In this document: piece after piece, positions 13,601-25,005 of the stretch
Layout: each line of letters begins with the position of its first letter
How positions within the stretch are numbered: the stretch's first letter is position 1
From: Azolla caroliniana
Lineage: Eukaryota; Plantae; Polypodiophyta
DNA length: 64,000 bases
Assembly: GCA_043228905.1 (NCBI GenBank)
Contig: JBHGNT010000014.1
Location: 372,001 to 436,000, forward strand
Reading direction: 5' to 3'
Made by a program: the position numbers and the translations under genes
Notes under the pieces: generated by a model
What the model saw: the letters and a program-made list of their open reading frames with translations, nothing else
Databases searched by the model: none
Told to the model about the DNA's origin: nothing

Positions 13601-14401
13601 TGTAGCATGCGCTCGAACATCATCATCATGTTTGCTAGCCTCCGGTTGATTTCCCATCTCCTTGCCACCCAGTTTTCACGTCGGGTTCACCAACTGTGTC
13701 GAGCCCTTCGGCTCCGGATCGTTGCGTGAGTCGGGTGGGAACCGCCGAGGTTTTTGACTAGGAGGAAGAGGAATACAACTTAAGGCTAGTTATGAATAGT
13801 GGAAAGAGAAGTAAGATATCAATCTCGTGACTCCCACGAGTTTAGTGTAATTAAAACAATATTTAGATTATAAGAGCAATTAGATGGCAAAATTCGTGAA
13901 TCCCACGAATATATTAGATTGATCAATCCTTGTATATTAATCAACAACCATCTACATATTTCTCTCCTCCTTATATAAAGATGGAAGAGGCTAAGCATGG
14001 CTTCATGCTTTTTCACCTAAAGTGTCCATGCACACTAAATGTGCATGTGATGCTTTGTCATTTCCTAAATATAGGGCTCATGCACGCTAGATGTGCATGA
14101 GTCACTTTTAATGTCACGTGTAAATAAAATATTCACACTCTAAAGAATACATGATTTTTACCTTTTAATAAAGGTATGTGTAAATAAAGGTCTTATACGT
14201 ATTAAATCTATATTTATAACACTAAAGATAAGTTATTACAATGGTAAAGTTGGGGTTTATCTACGTGGAGGTGCATGGTTTGAATCTTGCCCTATGCACG
14301 TGATAAATTCTTTTGATATTTTATTTATCTATCTATATGTATCTAAAATCGGATATATTATTTTATGGTTTTCCATGTAGTGTGTGGAATACACTACGAC
14401 A
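10631..14401 (-). mobile_element. Young, internally deleted non-chromovirus Ty3/Gypsy (Phygy/Selgy-like); LTRs 10631-11335 and 13697-14401; 4-bp TSD ACGG
   Basis: The 705-bp TG..CA LTRs show only about 2 differences. The PBS at 13675-13692 matches the tRNA-Trp 3' end (TTCACGTCGGGTTCACCA), and the PPT is GGAGGGGGCGAG. RNase H (ETDC..., NAVADMLSR) and an HHCC/DDE integrase with a GPY module are present, but no protease or RT core. Confidence 0.93.
11518..12798 (-). CDS. Gypsy integrase ORF (426 aa)
   Basis: Contains the Zn finger HESDWAGH...CEKCQ, the core WMVDIV...ADRGE...NGKIERGH, and RWFGPY. Confidence 0.88.
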   Translation of the reverse strand: MMIGKMLQEAEDSTNDKGRRAEIRRKKRQVQKFFLENGLIWRAPKRPDGIPLRVVGTKEQQDRIMSEFHESDWAGHRGTWATFVKIKQKYWWKKMYKDVAEFTESCEKCQVYSGVRHRDELHPTFSPTINFKWMVDIVAMPTGIGQKKYLVLAREDLTNQVEGRALQRKTCSAVCQFLLEEVFCRYGCVGQVIADRGELDSDKARGFFAKHGVRLSLTTAYNPEANGKIERGHSPIVKALAKACDGKVKDWPQMLPYALWADRTTHSSITGYMPAELMTGQAPVMPTETAIATWTVLPWKEEMTREELLAVRIRQLEGRLADIAEAIRRQQEARLRNKSRFDTKHRLRPRRIEGDWVIVYDSSLDHQHTTMRKFAKRWFGPYEVRKVFDNGTYRLSELDGTILRVPIAGKRVKIFKKRTDDKPYVI

Positions 14402-15332
14402 ACGGTACCCTTGCGCAATAACTTGGCCTTCCTCTTCGATGTAGCAACTGAGGTTCGTGAATCAAACTTGCATCCTCTGATCGACGATCTGACCGACCGA
14501 TGCTAGATTCTTGGTTATTGTCAGGACGTGCATCACGTTCATGAGTTTCCCTTTCTGCCCGACGTGGCTAAGGGGAACTTCACCGACATGTTCAATTGTA
14601 TGCGGAGTGTCATCTCCAGTTTTGACCACTCCTTGCTTTTCTGGTTTCGCCGATTACGAGAACCATTCCTCGTGACCATAGATTGACACATGCGTGATAT
14701 TCATGATATTGTCTATGAGTGATATTCGTAATATTCGAGAATACGAAATCGCCCCAAAAATATTATAAAACCATTCATTTTGCAAAATAAATATAAAAAA
14801 TTTAATTAATTCCTTTTTTATTTAAATAAATTTATTTCACCAAAAAAGGAACAATTATTCATTAATAAATTATAGTGTTAGCCTTTAGAAGAGTTTATGA
14901 AACTTATTTTAATTAACTAATTAATTAATTAATTTTTTAAAAATATTTTCTTTTATATTTATTATAAAAATATTGTGGGGTCACGTGGTAAAACCACAAG
15001 ATAAAACCCCTCACCTAACCCAAGTAGTTATAACCAGGGTTAGGGGGTTAGACCTTGGGTTAGTTAGTTAGGCTATAGTTAGTAAAGGGTTAGTTAGAAG
15101 TAAGTAAATAGAAGTGTGCCAAGATAACCGAATGGATCTTGGAATGTATTACCATGGTGTATAAATACATTCAAATGAAATGGAAAAGTGGAGAGTTTGG
15201 AGGCATTTTACACACTTTGGTGGAGAAGACGGGCAACAATCAACACACCAACTCAAGAAAAAGCTGAAACAAAAACAAGACGCTACTCCAACATATTAGA
15301 CACCACCACATCAAGAAGAAGGCGCCGCAACG

Positions 15333-16349
15333 TTGTCCCAACACAACAAGACGCAACAACAACAGGTCGAAACCAGCATACAAATGGCATCTCCAATACA
15401 GAACAGTGCAACAGAATGCACCGACATGAATCCTGAATTTTTGCAACAACACCAAGAAAATTGTCAAACTTTTCAGATGGATCAACTAATACAAGCGGTA
15501 TCTAACATAGCAATACAATCCAATTTGACTAATCAGGCCATGCTATATTTTTTCTCTTCGCAGACTGATAGGCACGCTAATCGCCCAGATCCACGAGTAC
15601 GACCTAAATCCTTCTCAGGATTGCCGTCTGAGGACATCCTTTCTTGGCTCGATCATTTTGAGATGGTGGCAAGCTATCATCAATGGCCCGAAGCACGGAA
15701 ATCACTAGAGATGCGAACTTTATTAGAGGGCATTGCCGCCACATGGTTCATACAGCAACCAGAAGAGTCCAAGAACAATTGGTCGATACTTAAATCCCTC
15801 ATGATCGGGAATTTTGCTCACCATGACTCAACTCAGACAGCTCTACAGCAACTAGAGACTATCAAACAACAACAACATGAGCCAGTAACACAATTCGCAA
15901 TCCGATTACAACAATTACTTACTCGCGCAAATCCAACAATGCCTGAATCGATGAAGCTATTCTTCTTATGGCCACGGCTACGCCCAGAAATATATCGTCA
16001 AGTACGCGACCAAGGCCCCAAAACATTTCAAGAAGCCATCCTCATTGCGCAACGCATTGAAGCAGCAACACAAACAGAACTCCAGATGAGTTGGTCATCC
16101 AATGTCAACTCTGAGAAGCAATACAACAGTAATGCCACGCCGATGGAAATCGATATCCAGAATGCTCAACTACAAGCAAGAAGGAACCTGCCAACACGTG
16201 ATGCACAAGGACAACCTTAGTGTTTTTTTTGCAACAACTATGGGCACGTGAAGAAACACTGTCGAAAATGGAACAACCAAACACATAAGCAAAATGTGCA
16301 AGTACAGTTGGCTGACAACAGTTACCAGGCCGACTTGTCGGAAAACTAA
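15333..16349 (+). pseudogene. Gypsy gag with a CCHC knuckle and one in-frame TAG (16218)
   Basis: Capsid-like PKSFSG..EDILSWLDHFE and PMEID. Reading through the TAG gives CFFCNNYGHVKKHC...DLSEN*. Confidence 0.88.
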
Positions 16350-19300
16350 GTCGCTGGGTGTTGAAGGGAGCACAACCCCTGCATATACAAGCATCCACAT
16401 CCTCAAGTTCTCCCGTGTGCACGACCATGTCCACAATTCTCAATAGCCCGTAGGAAGTTCTCTTCGATTCCGGTAGTAGCATATCTTCCATCAGCCACGA
16501 TCTGGTTGCCCGCCTCAATCTTTCAACCTCCAAAGCCCCCCCCATCAGGGCGTTGTTCGGCGATCACCAACGCCTATATAAGTCCGACACCACAGCTGCT
16601 TGCACACTCAAGCTAGGCTCCACTACAATCACGCACACCTTCTACGTACTTCCACATCAATTGTTTCCACTAACACTCGGATGTGATTGGTTCATCAAGA
16701 GCAGGGCCCAACTCGATTTCCATACACATCGCCTCACATTACCACAAGCAGGTTCAGTTCCCCTGTTCACAAGCAAATGCAACCACCAAATCAGCAATGC
16801 ACAGGTAGCATTAAGCAAGGAGGTTCGCCTAAATGTTGTCCACAAGATTTTAACTCAATACCCCGAGCTAATCAACTCATCTAACAAGCCCACTACAATC
16901 TCATTTCCGGTCCAACATGTCATCAACACTGGAAGCGCAACACCTGTCCGGACAGCAGCAAGAAGACGTTCTCCTTTAGATCATGCATGCATCGACCAAG
17001 CAGTGAATGAGATGCTTAAAAAGGGGATCATCTCACCCTCACATAGTGATTGGGTATCAGAACCACACATGGTCAAAAAGGATGACGGCACATACCGATT
17101 TTGTGTGGACTTTCGCAAGCTCAATCGAGTGACCATCCATGACCTTTACCCTCTGCCGCGAATAGATGACCTCTTGGACCAGTTGGGATGCTCAAAGTAC
17201 TTCACCTCTATTGATCTTGCGGCCGAATATTGGCAAATTCCAATGGACCCAAGAGATGCACATAAGACAGCTTTCAGAACACGCAGAGGCCTATTCCAGT
17301 TCAACAGGATGCCATTTGGCTTGTTCGATGCAGGCAGCACCTTTCAACGGATGGCAAATTCAATCTTCGCTGACCTGATCGCTGATGGTACAGTGCTTGT
17401 CTACCTAGATGACATTCTAATTCATACTTCCACATGGCCACAACATCTTCAAGTATTATAATCAGTTCTACAACAAATACAACAACACAATTTGAAATTA
17501 CAGTGGAAAAAATGCAGATGGGGTAGCACACAACTAAAGTTTTTGGGCTACATAATTTCCGCCGAAGGCCTCCAGATGGACCCAAAGAAGACCGAGGCCG
17601 TGACTAATTTTCCTCGACCAACCACAGTCAAGTCCTTGCAGCGTTTCTTAGGCATGGCGACTTTTTCACTCCAATTCATTCCAAATATGGCCACCATGAC
17701 AGCACCCCTACGACACCTATTACGAAAAGGCTCCAAGTTTGAATGGACAACAGAATGTGAAAACAGCTTCATCCAATTAAAAAATACACTACACCACGCA
17801 GGTCAGTTGGCTCACCCAGATTTCTCACGCCCCTTTCTTTTGCAGACAGACGCATCCAATCATGGATTGGGAGCCGTCCTACAACAAACGGATGCGACAG
17901 GAGTGGAGCGTCCAATCGCCTATATAAGTCGATCCCTTACCCTTGCTAAAAAGAATTACTCCACAACAGAAAAGGAATGGTTAGCAATCGTATGGGCTTT
18001 CACAAAGTTCCATCCCTATTTACACGGCACCCACGTCAACGTCGAAACAGACCACCAACCCCTAGTCCACCTAATTAACAAGCCCCACCCACCAGGTCGC
18101 CTATTAAGATGGGCAATGGCTTTACAGGAGTATCGGTACACATTAACTTATAAAAAAGGAGCCCAAAATGTGATCGCCGATGGGTTGTCAAGAGTAGAAA
18201 CACAATGTGTTCAATTCAACCCTACAGTAGTCCAATTACCCACAACAATGGCCCAGATAGCAGCCCTACAACAAGCCGATGAACAAATACGACAAATCAC
18301 CCACAACATCCAATCGACCACAAGCAACAAGGTACACAACCATTTCCAGTTGCAAAATAATGTCTTATACTTTATACAAACAGGAAAAGAGCCACGAATC
18401 TACATACCACAAAGCTTGAGGAGTTTATATATGCAATTTTTTCACGATCACCCGATGTCTGGCCACCTCGGATTCCACAAGGTGTTGGACAAGATCCGTC
18501 TCCGATATTATTGGCCGCAAATGCGTACAACAATCGCAACCTACATCAAACAATGTCACTCATGTCAACAAATTAAGCCACCCCATTCCAATGACGGCTT
18601 ACTCCAGCCTATTACTATTTTTGAACCCTTTGAATTGATAGGATGGGATATCATCGGCCCTTTTCCCGAATCCCAGGCAGGAAACAGGTATATCTTAGTC
18701 ATATCGGAATACCTGACGCGATGGACCGAAACCGCCGCAATTCCAGATGAACGAGCTGTCACCATAGCAACAAAGTTGATGGAGCAGATCATTTTCCCAC
18801 ATGGCTGCCCAGCTCGCATCCTGTCAGATCAAGGCCCACAATTTAGTGGAGAGGTATTGCAAGCATTAGCCACACAATTAGGCATTCAACAAATTTTTAC
18901 CTCCCCATATCATCCCCAAACAAATGGATTGACAGAACGGATGAACAAGACAATTAAACAACAACTTACCGCATTCATCGATCCACTACACACAACGTGG
19001 GACTTGATCCTACCATTCATCACACATGCGTATAATACTTCGGTGCAGGCCTCAACTCGAATCAGTCCTTTTAGAGCACTATATGGAAGAGACCCTCGTT
19101 TACCCCTCGACATCAAGGTGGATCTGCCCAAAAAATATACTCGAACCGATGCAATGGATTGGTGGTTGCACTTGTAGCAGGTCCAACCTATCTTACGGAT
19201 GAGCATACACAAGAATCTGCAATTGGCTCAGGCACGACAAAAACGATGCTATGATAAAGGCCGTCAGGCGATAGAATATGCAATCGGCGCAAAGGTCCTA

Positions 19301-19795
19301 GTTTATTTTCCAATACGGCGACAAGGACTTAGTGAATCAATGATGCATCGATGGATTGGCCCTTTTACGGTCATCCGTTCAATGAGGGCCAACACCTATT
19401 CTCTTCGTCGAGATGCTAATGGAAGGATTACCTATGCACACGTGATCCGGATGAAGCCATATCTACTGCCATCCACAACTAAATCAGCCAATGAGGAGGA
19501 AACTCACCATGATGACCCCTGCGAAGAGGACTCCGGAAACCCTTCAGTCGTAGCCAGCCAACAAGACGACGCAAAGCCGCCATCACAGACGAACAAGCAA
19601 GACGACGCAGAGCCGCCATCACACACGAGCAAGCAAGACGACGCAGCGCCACCACCACCCACGAGCGAGCGCGACGCGTTCTGCAATAGCAACGCGACGG
19701 CGATAGCTCCCATAGTAAAGGAACAGAGACTCCATCAAACACAGTCAACAGGCTCTGATTTTTTCGAAGGGGGGAGATGTGGGGTCACGTGGTAA
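16340..19795 (+). pseudogene. Gypsy pol in the -1 frame relative to gag; a single frame broken only by in-frame stops (16451, 17459, 19175)
   Basis: Contains protease LFDSGS, RT RFCVDFRKLN...YLDD, RNase H TDAS...ETDH...ADGLSR, and integrase HDHPMSGH..CHSC, SDQG, HPQTNGLTER. The ORFs at 16553, 17492 and 19199 are in the same frame. Confidence 0.92.
19562..19675 (+). repeat. 36-bp tandem repeat (about 3 units) encoding QDDA.PP in the pol tail
   Basis: Units of CAAGACGACGCA..GCC.CCA.CAC..ACGA.C.AG. Confidence 0.85.
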
Positions 19796-22398
19796 AACCA
19801 CATGATAAAACCCCTCACCTAACCCAAGTAGCTATAACCAGGGTTAGGGGGTTAGACCTTGGGTTAGTTAGTTAGGCTATAGTTAGTAAAGGGTTAGTTA
19901 GAAGTAAGTAAATAGAAGTGTGCCAAGATAACCGAATGGATCTTGGAATGTATTACCATGGTGTATAAATACATTCAGATGAAATGGAAAAGTGGAGAGT
20001 TTGGAGGCATTTTACAATATGATTAGTGTGAACTTTCAAGTCCTATTTTTAATGTCAAGATAAAAATATCCATAAATTTCAAGGGAATAAAAAGTGAAAT
20101 TTAATGAACCTTTATTTTATTTTATTTATTTATTAAAACTAAAACGAATACTTATAGTTATAAGTTACACATTTATTATAAAAATTGAGTACATAGTATC
20201 AAGTCCCTCTTTTATTATCCCTAATTATTGTCAAGTTCCTTTTTTCTTATCTTAAGAAATTAAAATAGATACTTTTTTTATGTACTCTTTTTTCTCTCTT
20301 TTTTTGGTCAAACGAATACTTGACCACCCATTCGTATTCATATTCGTTTGCATTCGAATGGGAAACCCCACGAATGCGAATATGTTAATCTATGCTCGTG
20401 AATCGTCATATGATTCGACGCTCCAGAATCAACATACCACACCTCGCTTGGTTTCGAGGTGTTCATGGCCATCGAATTGGCCTTGTGCTTCATTACGAAG
20501 GTTGGGCCTGATCCATTTCCAACTCGTTCGGAGCCCTCGGCATAGTGCGATTTCTGACGCCTTCCTGCATCTCTTCCGCTCGATCCAGGTTTGTACGAAT
20601 CCACTCATTTTTTTCAGCACTCGCTCTCTGTGTGGCCTTTCTTGCCACAGTACCAGCAATCCGTCGCGGCCTTCTCTTGCGGTTTCCGGCACCGCCATGA
20701 CTCCCCCTGCTTCTAGAGGGTTTGGAACTACTTCCGACATTTTGATTATGCCCACGTTCTGCTCTTTTCGGCCGCCTCCATTGCACGCTGATCCGCCTTG
20801 TCCGCCACGACCACGGGATCTCTATTCCTCCGCGTACAGCATCTTGTTGTCATTGTGCGTACTCGTCGACACACCGTGTGGTTTTCCTCTACGAGCAACA
20901 TTGATTGAAGCTCGATCAACGACGACGTATTCTCCCGCATATAGACATCAGTTCGGAATGCTCTGAACTTCAACACTAGCCCTCCAAGGCACACCTGCAC
21001 CATCTCATCTTCCTCGATGTTCACGTTAACGAAGGCGAGGGAATCGCAGATTTCCTTAATTCGGGCCATATAATCGGCCACAGACAGATCTTTCTGTCAG
21101 ACATTGTTGAGCTCCTGTCTGAGCTGCAGTTTCCTGGCCATTGTGCTCGCTGCAAAAATCCTCTTGAGATTCGCCCACGCATCCTTTGGTGTCTTAGCAT
21201 CCCAAATGTAGCTCAAGAGCTGATCACTCACAGAGGACGCAAGGCAATATAGAACTCTGCTTGCTGCCTGTTCCCAGGTCGGGAAATCTCTATTTGTCGA
21301 TTCGGGTGTTGTGTCATTAGCTCCATCGACATAACTCCAGTAGTCGTGCCCAAGCAGGTACTTGTGCATCTTGTACAACCAAGATGCATAGTTGCTTCTG
21401 TCGAGCTCCTCTGTAGGAAGTGAGCTAGCCATGCCTATATCCATCCTTGTTTCCCTTTATTTCTCACGGTAATGTTTGTCTGTCTGTCGACAGTAGAGGA
21501 CTTCAACCCTCATGCTCTAATACCATGTAAAAGAATGGCGTGTGCAGAAACGTAACAGACACAGTCGTATGAACACGAGGTTTAATGGAAGCTTGGATAC
21601 GACACAATGTATGTAGAAGAGAGAGAGAGAGAGAGAGAGAGTAGAGTAGAAGGTAAAACTCAAATTCAAAAAATGACTCTCTGTATTCCTCTACGTACAT
21701 ACTTCGTGCTCGGTGAGAACCTTTTATACAAGCCCTGACTATTGGGTGACACAAGTATTGACATTACTTGACTGCTCATAAATGAGCCTTCTACATTAAC
21801 TCCCCAAATTATTCCTTATGAGGAATAATGTTCTAACAGCCTTTCGGTTTACGCACCGCTACGACCATGTTGTGCATACGGTTTTACGCACCTAGTCTAC
21901 GGAATGGGTTACACACCCGTCAATGTTGAGCTTGTATCTATCTCAACAATATGCTTCTCTCCGGCCGAAATGCCGACAAGCCTGTCGAACTTGTTTGGCA
22001 ACTGCAGTTGAAGTTCGCAATAAAGGACTTGGGCCCTATTCGACACATTCTTGGAATGAAGATTGGTCCTCTTCATAATCAAAGACAATTGTTTCTATCT
22101 CAAGCCGACTACATCATATGTGTCTTAGAGCGGTTCAACATGCAATCGGCTAAATCTGCTTCAACCCCGCTCCCAATTAGTCTTCGGTTGTCTCAACGAG
22201 ACAGTCTGACATCCTGTCCAGAGGGGTAAGATATGAAGTTGGTATCATATGCACCAGTAAACGGCTCCATAATGTACACTATTGTCACGACACAACCAGA
22301 TATAACGCATGCAATAGGAGTCATCAACAAATTTATGCACACTCTCGACTGGCGGCATTGGAATGTAGTAAAGATTATATTCAGATATTTGGTGGGCA

Positions 22399-25005
22399 TG
22401 TAAAGAATCAAGAGTGATTCTTTACAATGGAATGTATGTGTCTATCTGTGTGTTGTGAGAGAAAACACAGAGTATACAGAAAATAGTAAAACTGTATTAA
22501 CAAGAATAATAATAGCCAACAACATTACAAGAGGAGGAGAAGGTGCTTATGTAGTCACCTTCTCTCTTACATTCTCTTTCTACCACCATGTCTTGGGAAG
22601 GAGGTGGAGACTTAACTACTTACTAAATATGTGTCATAGGTCTTAACTTCTATTACACATTAGTTATGATACAAGGAGGTGGGATGTTCACACAGTTGGG
22701 TATTTCTAAGGTGTGTTCCAGCACTAGGGAAATTGTGTTTGATTCTCAACACACCCCTTCAAACGCAACTTCCGATCGCCAAATAGTTGGTTCGGAATGG
22801 TCTTCGAGTCGGCTACGAACAACCGGCTCATTCCTGTGATCGTTCAGCTCCGTTCAACTTCATGTCGGATGGCTCTTTATCCATACTCCCCCTCAAGCTC
22901 GGTTGGTTGGCGGTCAAAAGATCTAGGGTTCGGAAACAGTCAAAGACCTCGCTTTTCTTCTCGATGAGATAGATCCACGTGTGCCGATTGTGGTCGTCGA
23001 TGAAAGAGACGAAGTATCGACTCCCATCAAGTCTAACAATCTATGTTGGTCCCCATACATCTGAATGTATTAAGTCGAGCTTGTTACAGCAGGCTTCACA
23101 TATTTGGGCCTTCCAGCCACTCAATTTCGGCAATTCGAAAACCACATGTTTCGATTGCAGATCTTGAAGCCTCTAGTAGTTGACGTGACCTATTCGCTTG
23201 TGCCATAAGTCGATGTCTGACTCGACTTTTTGTCCTTTGGCGAATAGAGTGGTGCCCATGTCATTAGTGTCAAGGATAAACATCCCCCCGTCCCAACGCC
23301 CTTGTGCGATGATTTGGCCTTTTTCTTCAATGAAGCACCCGAGATGCGTAAACCGTACTTGCATCCCCTGGTCAATGATCTGTCCGATCGACACCAGGTT
23401 CTTCGTGATTGTCAGAACATGTAAAACATTCATTAGCTTTCCCTTTGTCCGACATGACTCAAAGGGACTTCTCCGACATGCTCGATCGGGTGAGTGTCGT
23501 CTTCGGTTTCGACAACTCCCGGTTGCTCCGGTTTTTCCAGATATGAGAATCACTCTTCGTGGCTCGTCATGTGATTCGATGCTCCGGAGTCAATATACCA
23601 CACTTCCTCCGATCCGAAAGTGATCTTCTTCATCGATTTCGCCTTGTGTTTCATCACAAAGGTTGGCCCTTTTTCGGTCTTTCCGGTTCCAAATCCTTCT
23701 GATCCTTCGGCATAGTGCAAGCTTTGTCGGCTCCCTTGCCTGGTCTTGTCGGATCCGGATTTATCCGAATCGGCACGCTTCTTCCAGCACTCGCTCTCTT
23801 GTTGGCCTTTCTTGCCACAATACCAGCATTCCGTCTCGGATTTATATTGCCGGTTTCCGACGTCGCCTTGACTCCCCTTGCTTGTCGAGGGTGTGGAACT
23901 GTTGTCGCCACTATTGCGTGCCGACCCACCTCGTCCTCCACGCCCACTCGTGTGGTTTTCTTCGACCATCAACATCGATTGCAAGTCGAAGAAGGAAGGT
24001 GCCTTCTCCCGGGTGCAAATCGTTGTCCGGTTTGGCCCGTACCGATGTGCTAGACCACCGAGGCAGATGTGGACCATCTCGTCTTCGTCCACCATCACAT
24101 TGATGGACCCCAGTGCGTCGCAGATCTCCTTGATCTTGGTGGTGTAGTCCGCAACCGACATGTCCCTCTACTGGATGTTGTTGAGCTCTTGCTGGAGCTA
24201 TAACTTACGGGTTGTGGTACTAGTGGTGAAAATCTTTTTGAGATTTTGCCAAACCTCCTTTGGTGACTTTGTGTCTCTGATGTAGCCTAACATCTGGTCA
24301 TGACACAAGATGAGAGGCAGTATAACACCCTGCTCGCTCCTTGCTCCCATGTTAGGAAGTCCTTGTGTGCCGACTCCAACGCTACTTCATTCTCTCCTTC
24401 AACATAACTCCAATACCCATGTCCTAGCAAGTACTAGTGCATCATGTACGACCAAGATGCATAGTTGTTCCTCTTGAGCTTCTCAGTCGGAATCGAGCTT
24501 GCCATCCCTCTGTCCATTTCTTTTCTTTTCAGTGAGTTCTTACTAGAAGTTAGGTTTCATCTATGGAGATCGCTTGTCGGCAGCTGAGGTTCTCAACCCT
24601 CGCGCTCTGATACCATGTACAGAATTGTATGAGGAAGCTTGTAGTCGAAATATACACAGGTTTAATGGAAAGCTTAAATCACACATAGAGAGTACGTGGG
24701 AGAGACAGAGAGAGCAGAACACAACTCGATTTTCAAATTACTCAAAGAGTCTGTGTTCATACAATGTGCTCAATGAGCACTTTTATACAAGTCCATAAAG
24801 GACTGACAAGTACTTCAATGGTTGTAATGAGCTACTAACACTAACTCCTAGGATAACCACCTCGTAGTCTAGGAGTGTAGACCTCCAATGGCCTATCGGT
24901 TCACACGTGGGTCTGGCCCTCCAGATCTGGCTCCCTTCTCCGGACATCGATCCGGCTCTGGCTTATTTAGCCGATCCAAATCACGTTGAGCTTGTCCACT
25001 CAACA
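22399..25005 (-). mobile_element. Chimeric, deleted Copia with non-matching LTRs (5' LTR 24616-25005, 3' LTR 22399-22751)
   Basis: PBS TGGTATCAGAGC lies at 24604-24615. Gag, CCHC, protease and the integrase start ([10 protein letters not shown]) are joined near 22925 directly to the pol end (NQPSLRG). The two LTRs belong to different families and there is no TSD. Confidence 0.85.

Larger units (their letters stand above)
14974..20016 (+). mobile_element. Full-length Ty3/Gypsy with metazoan-like features; LTRs 14974-15212 and 19778-20016; 4-bp TSD ATAT
   Basis: The 239-bp TG..CA LTRs show 3 differences. PBS TGGTGGAGAAGACGGGCA lies at about 15218-15235, and the PPT is GAAGGGGGGAGA. Domain order is gag-PR-RT-RH-IN. 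Confidence 0.95.
14677..20394. mobile_element. Non-autonomous hAT-like DNA transposon (CATAGA termini; about 0.67 kb without the nested Gypsy)
   Basis: TIRs are CATAGATTGACA / TGTTAATCTATG, and the 8-bp TSD is CTCGTGAC / CTCGTGAA. Removing it restores the host Copia protease ASNHMTIHEEWFS. The interior is AT-rich and non-coding. Confidence 0.85.
6744..21948 (-). mobile_element. Full-length degenerate Ty1/Copia element; 5' LTR 21526-21948, 3' LTR 6744-7137, TSD ATATG; hosts nested insertions
   Basis: The LTRs are homologous, and ATATG lies at 6739-6743 and 21949-21953. There is an iMet-type PBS TGGTATTAGAGC (21514-21525) and a PPT at 7138-7150. Domains run gag (NYASW), CCHC knuckle, protease (WYVDSGASNHM), WHKRFGH, integrase, RT (LYVDD) and RNase H, in Copia order with many stops. 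Confidence 0.95.
6714..22398 (+). pseudogene. Old Copia RT fragment split by the 6744-21948 insertion (pieces ~6714-6743 and 21954-22398)
   Basis: Removing the insert and one TSD copy restores LFIILYVDDM|LLSGRN...FAIKDLGPIRHILGMKI...LSQADYI...SIMYTIVTTQPDITHAIGVI. Confidence 0.85.

Noticed and set aside
13675-13692. Match to the tRNA-Trp 3' end
   Set aside because: Only 18 nt including CCA and adjacent to an LTR, so it is a primer-binding site, not a tRNA gene.
19199-19795. Possible third (env-like) ORF in the Gypsy
   Set aside because: In frame with pol after a premature TAG; it holds the integrase GPF module and has no signal peptide or TM segment.
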